Assembly: GCF_009914755.1 (NCBI RefSeq)
Contig: NC_060929.1
Reading direction: 5' to 3' (one strand)
Length of the DNA stretch: 64,000 nucleotides
Source of the DNA: the human T2T-CHM13v2.0 reference genome, Homo sapiens
This document shows positions 54,154-64,000 of the stretch, in pieces. Made by a program: the position numbers and the translations under genes. The notes below the pieces were generated by a model. It saw only the letters and a program-made list of their open reading frames with translations, was not told where the DNA came from and ran no database searches. The first letter of the stretch is position 1. Each line of letters starts with the position of its first letter.

Positions 54154-54716
54154 TGACAGAGCAGGAGCACCGTCATCTCAGACAAACACCGCCACTTTAA
54201 GTTCCAGCTCCCTTTCTAGCCCCATGCATTTCAAGGATATCACTTAACTTCTAACTACAAGCAGCAGCCAGAAAGAGCAGGCAGTAAAAGATAAGACAGC
54301 TTGGGCACAGAGGAAGGTGGGGGGAGGGGGGAAAGTCTCTCAAGTAACTACCAAACTTCACCCTCATACAATGGGCCCCAGTAAACCAGTGGGCCTTAAT
54401 AATCACAGTCCTTTCCCTTCAGATGCACTAAGACAGGGAAGCTAAAGCAGACTCGGGGGAGGGGAGGTATGCCTGCGGCTGAAGCAAGATGTATGGGAAC
54501 AGACACACAATTCTCCCTCCCAGATAAGCACAACAAAGAGACATAGGAGCAGTGCAAGCCTCTGATAAACTCTCCCACCCTGAATCCTTAAAAACTTTTA
54601 GCGTGTAGGGGAGTGCGGCTTCTGACTTGACTTGGACAGAAGTCCCTCCCAGGTTTGAAATAAACCTGCTGACTGTTGAGCCACCCTTCGTGTTTCTCTC
54701 CTCTTTAATTCTTACA
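54154..54716 (+). mobile_element. LTR9-like ERV1 solo LTR
   Basis: TGACAGAGCAGGAGCACCGTCATCTC ... AATAAA (~54659) ... TTCTTACA; flanks gggg/accc do not form a TSD. Confidence 0.8.
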
Positions 54717-55082
54717 ACCCCTCCTTCTGAGATGGAGATGTTTCCAGCTGGGGAAACTGAGGCTCAGAGAGAGTCGACTAAGGGAAGGCAAGAAAGGGAG
54801 GCAGAGCCCCCTGTAGGCCCTCCTCACCCGAGGAACTGAGAGAAGCCAGGGCCAGGGCCTGGCCTGCCTTGCAACCCACTCTGCCTCCACCTCTCCTTGT
54901 GGGACCTCGGGGTGGCCCCATTTCCCTTGTGCGGGCGAGGAGCTCCTTTTTGCTGCCTGATGTTTTGGATCCTGAGCCCACACCCAGGCAGGGCTGTCTC
55001 CTCTCCCTATAGTTGCTGAGGCCATCAGGCCGCAGGCTTCACCTCTGTTCTCTACTGGGTGATCCTCTGGTCAGGTCCCTGG

Positions 55083-55190
55083 GTGTGCATGTGGAGGAAG
55101 GTGTGCATCCGTGTGCATGTGTGTCCACACATGTGAACACAGGTGTATGCATGTGTGCACGTATGCAAGTGTACAGGGGTGCACCCACAT
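55083..55190. repeat. Degenerate TG/CA low-complexity tract
   Basis: gtgtgcatgtg/cacac motifs. Confidence 0.7.
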
Positions 55191-56051
55191 GAGGCTCCCC
55201 AGACCTTTTCCCCAGGAGAAGACCATATCTCCCCCTGGTGTCAGGTGTCCACTCAAGCCCTCCAAGGGTGGGGATGGGGAGAAGGGAAAAGTGCCTGGGA
55301 TGCCAGGCAGGAGTGCAGGCTCAGATGGGCCCTGAGGTGGTCACAGAGCTGAGCCAGGCATCCAGTCTGTGCAGCAGCGAAGATGTGGCCAGAGAGGTTC
55401 CTGGGAGGTGGGGGCGGGGGGGTGCTATTCAGGCCCACCCCCTTCTCTCTTCATTCTCCTAGGGGACAGTCACAGGAGCTTGTCTGTTGCCAAAAGTCCC
55501 CCTCAGCCCCTCCCTACCTACAATGTCCCTTCCCTGGGCATAGGCCTGAGTGTGAAGACTGTGTAGCTGCTAGCAACAGAAACGGGGCTTGTATGCACCC
55601 AAGGGAGACAACTCCAGCTCTGTAAAGCCTGGCGGGGGTGGGTGGCAGGCAGCAGAGGGTCCAGTGGTTTAGGGTACCTCTCGTGGGCTGGCTGCCCACA
55701 CCACCTACCCCTCAGCAGGCCGGCTCTGGACATAGCGGTTGGCCAAGTCTGAGCCAGCCCGTCTTGGCAACTCCTCCTCCTGCCTGCCAGGGTGACTTCA
55801 CTTTTTCAGATCTGCAGTGATGTGCAGATCACTGATTCAGCCCTGAGCTCAGCCAGGATGCAGGAGAAAGAGGAGGGGCTGGCCCCGGGGCACCCCAGGC
55901 CCAGCTTCCTGGGCCCTCCCACCCCATGGCCCCATGGGCTTCCCTTCCTCCATCTGTCTGTGGCTGGGTGCAGGCCAGACCTCAAGAGGCAGCTGGGGGA
56001 TATGGAAAGAACAGGGACTTTCCCCACAGAAGCCCAGAACCCACCTCCTAC

Positions 56052-58141
56052 CTCACCCCAGGACCCCCCTGGCAGGTCCATGGCTTCCCCTTTTTAGAGG
56101 TGAATGTGATGCTGGGCATCATTTCTTCGGGGGAAAACTGGATTCTCTGGGGCTCCATGCTGGCTCTCCTAGTCCCACACCCCGTGCTTTCCTGTGTAGA
56201 GGAGGGAAGGGCCCCCCCCCACTCCCCCAATGAGGTGGAAAGTAGCCAAATTCTCCTGTAGATGTTTACTGCTTCTTTGAATAAATGTAGAAATTGATCC
56301 TCCCAGTCTTAAAGAAAGTTACATTTGTCTCACTGGAGTTGGTTTCTCCGGAAACCTCCCAGAGAACAGTAGGGAGTTGAAACTTACCAGCTCGGGGCCT
56401 GACATTGACAGGCCTGCCCCTCACCCCTCTGGACTGCCTCAGCCACCTGGTGCCTGTTGACCAACGCCTCTGCCTCCCGCCTCCCTAATTCTTGTTTTTC
56501 CAAACCTGGTTACATTTTTCCCAGGCCTGGCCTCCAGGACCCCCACCCTCTGCACTGCCCTGGATGCTGACAAAGGCTCTCCTGCCCCCTTCCCTGCCCA
56601 TATCTTCCCTTCCTCTGGCCTCTAGCCCCACAGAGGCTGAGCTCCACCGAGCCTCTGCCTCAGGAGAAATGGCTGGGGATGCGCTCTGGTGGGGGGAGCC
56701 TGGAGCTGGGGTAGGGATGGGCGGTTGGCGGGGAGGGTGGTGTTCTCAGAGTCCTCGGGTCACAACCCCAGCAGTCTCAGATCTTGCATCCTGCACGGCT
56801 TCCCTGCTGTCTTTGTGCAGCAAAAAGGGCAAAGCACAGGGACTGCAGGCAGGTGCACCTGGTGAAAGGAGGGGCTGTGCGTGCAAAGGCGAGCGGACCC
56901 AGGTTAGTGGTGGCCTTCCCAGCACCACGCCCTGCTCCCGCCCGCGCCCTGCTCCTACCTCTGCCGGCCGGCTTTGCTCTTACCCGCGCCCCGCTCCTGT
57001 GGCGACCCGCTCCTATCCCTGCCTGGCCCGCTCCCCGCTCCTGCCCCTGCCCCTGCCCCTGCCTCTGCCTGGCCCCCGCCCCGCTCCTGCCCTTGCACAG
57101 TCCGCGCTCCTCTCCTACATGCCGCCTGCGTGCTTCCTCTGCCTGCTCCTCTCGCGCACGGCGCTCGCCTGGCGGGCAGAGACCAGAGCAGGGCGTACAG
57201 CAGCTCAGATTGCCCAGGAGTCCCTGCCCAGAGGTGCCATGCCCACAGTGTCCCTCGGGTCCACCAAGCCCTGGGCAGGCATGGGGCGACCGGGCTGAGC
57301 GCCGCACCCCGCCCCGCAGAGCCGCCGGTCAGAACCACCGTCCTTTCTGCGCGACCCCGGTGCGCAGGGGCGAAGGAGACATCCGGTGCTGCTGCCGCTG
57401 CTCGGCAAAAGTGAAAGTCCCGCCGGCTGAGGGTGCCCTCACGGGCCAGCGCGAAGGTGGCCCCGTGCGCACAGCGCCCTGATAATTGCTTTTTTTCTTG
57501 TGATGGGCAGCGGGCTGAGCGTCGCAGGCCACCCGGCCTCAGCTTGGAGAGCATTGGCATGGCAGGTCTGCAGGAGCAGGCGCCGGCCTGGCAGCGGGCT
57601 TGGTGCCCAGAACCCAGCCACAGCCGGAGGTCCCAGTGTGGCTGCCCCTCCCGCCAAAGCCGCCTCCCGAAGTAAACAGGACAGCCCTTTCTGAGCAAGC
57701 ATGAGCAGAGGGCCGGGGAGCCCAGAAGTCGCCACTGTCCTGGGCCTGCTGTTTCTGCAGCAGATGGCCCAGTCCTGAGTTCCCTTCTGCGCTCTACCTC
57801 CCTCATTCCTCCTCCAGCTCTGCTGCTGGAGTGGAGCGGTCTCTTAGGCAAGGCTCCTTTGCTCTCCTGCATTTTTGCCACTCTGGTCTTTAAACATCTA
57901 AAAGCCTGTCGTTTCTGCGGTGGAACCCTTGGTGAGGCTGCCGTGGGCCTCAACCCACCGGGCAGCCTGGGAGTTACGTGCTGCTGCGGACAGAGCACCT
58001 AAAGATGCGGCCTTCAGGGCCATGGGAGGCTCAGGGCCAACACTTACCGGTGCGGGTTTTGGGACTGGGTGTCAGAGGACAGGGGTGCTGCTGTGCTGAG
58101 GACGGGTGGAGCAGGGCGGGTGACCCGGGCATCAAAAGGCA
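56052..58141 (+). repeat. Diverged duplicated unit, copy B
   Basis: Colinear with 51304-54153; lacks the L1 (empty site gtcctgagttcccttctg at ~57772-57789). Confidence 0.9.
56880..57700. promoter_or_regulatory. CpG-island-like promoter / first-exon candidate B
   Basis: Dense CpG, GC-box-like repeats, conserved acatccgg (57379-57386), weaker donor-like AAA|gtgaaa at 57411. Confidence 0.5.
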
Positions 58142-58425
58142 TGGATGGTGCTGTGCTGAGGGCGGGGTTCAGGGTGGCGGGGCTGGGATTCAGGGCAGGG
58201 GTGCTGCTGTGCTGAGGACAGCGGTTGCAGGGCCGGGGGCTCGTTTTCAGGGGTCAGGGTGGGGGAATGGGTGTCGGGGCAGGGGTGCTGCTTTGCTGAG
58301 GACAGGGTGCAGGGTGGGGGGCTTGGTTTCATGATACAGGGGTGCTGTTGTGCTGAGGACGGGGTGAATGTTGACGGGCTGAAGGTCCAGGTACAGGGGT
58401 ACCACTGCGCTGAGGACAGGGAGTG
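58075..58425 (+). repeat. Degenerate G-rich minisatellite (period about 55-60 bp, core caggggtgctgctgtgctgaggac)
   Basis: Core recurs at ~58080, 58143, 58196, 58280, 58337, 58394. Confidence 0.8.
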
Positions 58426-59621
58426 CCGCGTGGGGCCTGGGTGCCAGGGTTTGGGGTGCAAATATAGTGAGGTCAGGATGCATTGGGGAGAGTGCCACAG
58501 GGACCTCAGGAGCTGTCACATGGCAGGGAGAGGCCGCAGTCAACACCCTGTGTCATGATTTCTTCCCCACCTGTGTGTGGCCAGGCGCAGGGGACTAGAC
58601 AGTGGCTGCCAAACAGGGAGTGCACCCCGGCGGTGGCTGTAGGGGACCACGACAGTGGGGCCACCTCTCCCTGCGTGTCTGCACCTGGGCCTGCCAGGGC
58701 TGTCTGCCATGCTCCATGGGGTGGGGGTCTTCGGCCCCTGGGAGGCTGCCGGTCGGTGTGACTTGGAGAGGTTGCGGTCAGGGGTCCCCTGGGGGCTGTG
58801 ATGCAGTAACTAACTGCACCCTTTGGGGCTGGGAGGGGTGAGAAGGTTCTAGGCCTCCCAGAGCCCACCTGGCTCCTCCATCAGAAAGGCAGCCAGGCTT
58901 GGGGTTGAGGAGGTGATGCTGTGCCCCCTGAGGCAGGCTCCACTTTCCCCAGGGGACCTTGGCTCTAGGGTGAGGCCCAGGCCTGGGAATGGCTCTGAGA
59001 TCATCCCTGGGCCTCCGTGGAGCTCTGGCGTCACGGCTGTGTGGTTGTGGGGACTTCCCCACACAATATGTTCTTGCCTTGCATCCACTCAGACATAGAG
59101 CTTTCATTTTTATACTTGTTTATCATTGTGAGTTTTGAATAAATTTTTATAACTTTGTTTCAATTAATCTTTACTATCTTCAGCTAGACTTAATCAAAAA
59201 TTAAATCAATTCTTTATTATTAAAATTCATAGGACTAAAAAAGTATAAAAATTGAACTAATTAAACCTTCAAAGAATATTTTTATATATTTGCAATATTT
59301 TTGCTTCTAAAATCAATAAAAGTAAAGTGCATGAGAAATTTTGGAATATTCAGCATACACACACACACACATATACACACATATCTGTGACAAATCAATT
59401 CAGTATTTTCAAATAGAAGAAACAAGCCTTTCTTTTAGTTCAGAAGCTTTATGTTAGTATTTCTTATAAGGTAGGAGTGCTGGCAGCAAATTTTCTGTCT
59501 TTGTTTATTGGGGAATATCTTTATTTTTAAAGGATAGATTTGCCGGACATGGCATTTTTAGTTGACAATTTTTTTTCTTTCATTCTTTAACTATGCCATC
59601 CCATTGCCTTCCCACCATTGT

Positions 59622-59937
<316 letters not shown>

Positions 59938-60232
59938 TTCACCATTGTTTCTGATCAGAAATCAGTGGCTAATTTTATCGTGGTGCTCTTGTACATGAAG
60001 AGAAGTTTTTGTCTTACTGTTTTCAATATTTACTCTTTGTCTTTTCATAGCTTGACACAGGTGTGTAGGAGTGGATATCTTGATTTTTATTTTACTAAAA
60101 GTAAACATTGATTCTATAGATTAATGTTTTATATCAAATTTGGTAAGTTTTCAGCCATTATTTCTGTAAATAGTTCTTTGTTTCCCCTCTTCTTTCTTTC
60201 TGAGACTCTCATTCTACATATATTGTGCTTGA

Positions 60233-60591
<359 letters not shown>

Positions 60592-61223
60592 TAAGTGTGA
60601 CATCTGGGGACACAAAGACAGTTTCCCCCCACACTTGCCTGTTTCTTTTTGTCTTGTAACTTATCATTGAACACTGGATACTTTAGGTTATAGACTCTTC
60701 AACTCTGGATTCTGATTCTTTTCTGCTGAGAGTTGTTACTGTTTGTTCGTTTGTTTGTAACCAGCCTGCACTAAATTTGTAAATTCTGTAAGCAGCGTGT
60801 AGCCGGAGCCGTCTCTGCTCATTTTTTGTTTGTTTCTTATGCATGGCTTCCCAGGAACCGCTCCTTTATCTGCGTGCTTGGTATTCTGCCAACAGTTGTC
60901 TGAATTTGTACACTAACACCTTGAGTCGGTGAGGCTTCCACTGTGGCTGATGGATCTACCCGTGGACTAGGGCGTGCACACACAGCTCAGGCCATCTGCT
61001 TTCCACAGGCACTTCCCCTCGCTGTGTCTTCTCTTCGCATGAGCTCAGGCACCGTCATCAGTCAGTGATGCTGGGTGGTTTGGGCAGGTTCTGGTCTCTG
61101 AGGAGACGAGCAGAGCTACTGGTCCTTCCTGTGTGTTTGCATCGATATCCCTATTTGAAAATTCTCCAAATCATGTGAGTCCCTCTGGTGGTGACAGCAA
61201 AGCTGCTGGTTTCATGGTGTTCA

Positions 61224-61493
<270 letters not shown>

Positions 61494-62099
61494 CAATAAA
61501 TAAATGATTTAATGCCCATACAATGGAGTGCTGTGCAGCTCTTAAAAAGAATGCCACAAGGATGGTCAACACATACTGTTCTACTGGATGAGGAGTATTA
61601 CCATCAGCTCCATTTTTCAGGTGAGAAAACTGAGACTTAGGGAGGCTACATAATTTTCCGAAGGTCACTCCCTACTGAATGTAGGAGCAGGGATCTGACA
61701 GCCACCTAATGACACCCTAGAACAGCACTCTCTCCTCCGCTCTCCTCCATGTCCCCCTCTGACTCCCGGGAGACCTCCCCAGCTTGCAGTCCCCAGGGCC
61801 CTGGTGTCCATAACCCGAGGAAGGGGAGGGGCCCATGAGATCTTGGACTTTCTCACTCTCTGAAAATGAGCAACTGAGAATGAGACTTGACTTTGCTTAG
61901 GAAGTATAAACATATGCGACATTTATTGCCTATCAAATATTAGAAGCAGTTCGTCTATTTAACGTGTGTTAGTATCGGTGTTCCTTTTTATTCAAACTCT
62001 CCCTATTGAGCTCAAGAATCAAAGTCAGATAACTTTGTCGATAAATCCCTTCCTTTCTACACCCTTGCTACTCACTGTCTCAAGACCCAAACTCACTGG

Positions 62100-62260
62100 G
62101 ACAAGGCGCTGCCCCTCCTGATTCAAGCCTGGTGTCTGCCTCTCACTATGCAAATCAGGAGCCAGACAGCCGCGGAGAGGGCGGCGGTGAGTGCACAGAG
62201 CACACGCATGCGTTTGGCTTGCCCCCACGCCGCCCCCATTATCTCTGTGGGTGTGAAGGT
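62100..62260 (+). promoter_or_regulatory. Promoter-like motif cluster
   Basis: Octamer ATGCAAAT 62148-62155, donor GCG|gtgagt 62187-62192, NRF1-like palindrome ACGCATGCGT 62204-62213, GC box ccccacgccgccccc ~62223-62237, local CpG retention. Confidence 0.4.
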
Positions 62261-63061
62261 GAGAATTTTTCACTTTTCCAGTGAGTTACTGTACTGCTTT
62301 GACTCTCACAAGCGTGTCGACTTGATGGATTTTTGTAAATATAGCCGTCAGCGGATGCCTCTTGTCCCCATCTCGGGAACCATAACCCAGATTCCCAAAG
62401 GGGAGCTTGCCCACATGGATGGAAACTGAGGCCCTCAGAGAGGCCATCGGCCTTGATCCCTTGCTCCTATTCAAAGATCTCAACATTATTGCAGCCTTCC
62501 TTGGGGCAGCCGGACATTCCCGTGTGGAGGAAGCGTCCACTCACGTGCCATGGGAACTTTGTAGATTTCACGGTGATGCAAACAGCTCCCCGTGAGGCCC
62601 TCAGTGCCCAGGGCCCGTTGTTGGGTGCTTTTGAGGGTGGGAGGTGGAGGGGTTTCCATTTTGCTTGGGGGATCAGCATCACCCATTCTTTCTCCTTTTC
62701 CTCTGGGCTGGTGCTCAGATGGTGAGAGCACTGTGCTGATGAGGTGGGCCCTGGGGTGGAACCCATGGCCCCCTCCGACTCCCAGGAGACCTGGCCAGCT
62801 GCAGCGGCCCCCGTGGACCAGCAGAGGGACAAGAGAGGAGCTGACGTGGAGGAGCCGAGGCCCACTGGGGGCTCCTGGAGAGTCCGTCCGCCTGTGGACA
62901 GCAGCTCAGGTGTTCAGCTGCTTCCAGAGAGGAAGCACCTCTTCCTAGACTGAGGCATCGTTTTGATTAAAAAAAAAAAAGTTGATTTTTTTCACCTTGG
63001 TGTAAATTTTTGTTTGTAACAATATGTTAGTTGTCACAGTTACCACTATTTGTTTTTCTTT

Positions 63062-63221
63062 CTTTCTTTTTTTTTTTTTTTTTTTACATTTTTGAAATTA
63101 TTTACAGAGATGGGCTCTCGCTACGTTGTCCAGGCTGGTCTCAGACTCCTGGCCTCAGTGGTCCTCCCACCTTGGCCTCCCAAAGTGCTGGGACTACAGG
63201 TGTGAGCCGTGGCACCTGGCC
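63062..63221 (-). mobile_element. FLAM (free left Alu monomer)
   Basis: Single left monomer; TSD tgtttttcttt at 63051-63061 and 63222-63232. Confidence 0.85.
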
Positions 63222-63374
63222 TGTTTTTCTTTATTACTACAGATATTATCTGAAGCTTTAAATCCTCCTGGAGTGAAAGCTAGTTCATAACCACGCTGTT
63301 TGGAGCGAAGAAAACTACCTGGAATTCTTGTTCTCCAAAGATATGGAATTATCCCAGCAACAGCCATCCTTCGC

Positions 63375-64000
63375 TGCTCTGTCCTGAGGACCCTCAGGTG
63401 TGGCCCATCCAGCCCCTCAGTGTTTACCTCTGTCCTAAGGACTCTCAGGTGTGGGCGGTCCAGCCCCTTAGTGTTTCCCTCTGTTTTGGAGATCCTCAGG
63501 TATGGTCAATCCTATTAGTGTTTTCCTTTGTACTGGGGATGCTCAGGTGTGATCTATCCATCTTCTCAGTGTTTTACCTCTTTCCTGGAGACCCTCAGGT
63601 TCCATCCATCCATCCAATTGGTTTTTACCTCTGTCCTGGAGACCCTGAGGTGTGGTCTATCCATCCCATTAGTGTTTACCTCTGTCCTGGGGACCCTCAG
63701 TTGTGGTCAATCCATCCCATTAGTGTTTTTCCATTGTCCTCGAGACTCTCAGGTGTAGTCTATCCGTCCCATTAGTGTTTACATCTATCCTGGGAACGCT
63801 TAGGTGTGGTCTATCCATTTCTTTAGTGTTTACCTCTGCCTTGGGCCCCTCAGATGTGGTCGATCCCCAAAGTGTTTTATCTCTATTCTGGGGAATCTCA
63901 GTTGTGGTTCATCCATCCGCTTAGTGTTTACCTCTGTCCTGGGGACCCTGAGGTGTGGCCCATCCCCTTATTGTTTACCTTTGTCCTGGGGGCCCTCAGA
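63375..64000. repeat. ~51-bp minisatellite/VNTR, at least 12 units, runs off the window
   Basis: Consensus about gtgtttacctctgtcctggggaccctcaggtgtggtctatccatcccatta; unit spacing 46-52 bp. Confidence 0.95.

Noticed and set aside
56492-57998. Long overlapping ORFs (232-347 aa) in copy B, and similar ORFs in copy A
   Set aside because: Open in several frames on both strands because of very high GC; frames are not preserved between the two copies and there is no protein family match
58075-58425. Repeat-spacer pattern superficially resembling a CRISPR array
   Set aside because: Primate DNA with no cas genes; cores are degenerate and the spacers are related G-rich sequences, so it is a minisatellite
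61900-62450. snRNA gene suggested by the octamer at 62148
   Set aside because: No convincing PSE and no recognisable U-snRNA, 7SK or Y RNA body at the expected distance on either strand

Overview
Primate (human-like) genomic DNA, dominated by interspersed repeats: Alu/FAM/FLAM/FRAM, L1PA/L1MA/L1MC-MD/L1ME, L2, MIR, MaLR and ERV LTRs, MADE1 and MER53. I can support no intact protein-coding gene, tRNA, rRNA or CRISPR array; the ORF track is explained by repeats, minisatellites and GC-rich open frames. Layout: (1) 1-~5.5 kb has a candidate terminal exon with poly(A) signal among MIR/L2/MLT; (2) ~5.5-30 kb is a nested stack of old minus-strand L1s that includes a TSD-flanked 1.1-kb processed retrocopy which I recognise from memory as the lncRNA OIP5-AS1 (Cyrano); (3) 30-44 kb is a MIR/L2-rich stretch with a near-identical 419-bp dispersed duplicate; (4) 44.4-49.75 kb is a truncated LTR16A/HERV16-type ERVL provirus; (5) from ~49.75 kb the sequence is a rearranged mosaic of truncated Alus, a 27-bp VNTR, two diverged copies of a CpG-island/first-exon-like unit, an LTR9 without TSD, a promoter-like motif cluster and a ~51-bp VNTR running off the end. 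Subfamily names come from recalled consensus sequences, and repeat boundaries are approximate unless TSDs are quoted. I could not place the locus.
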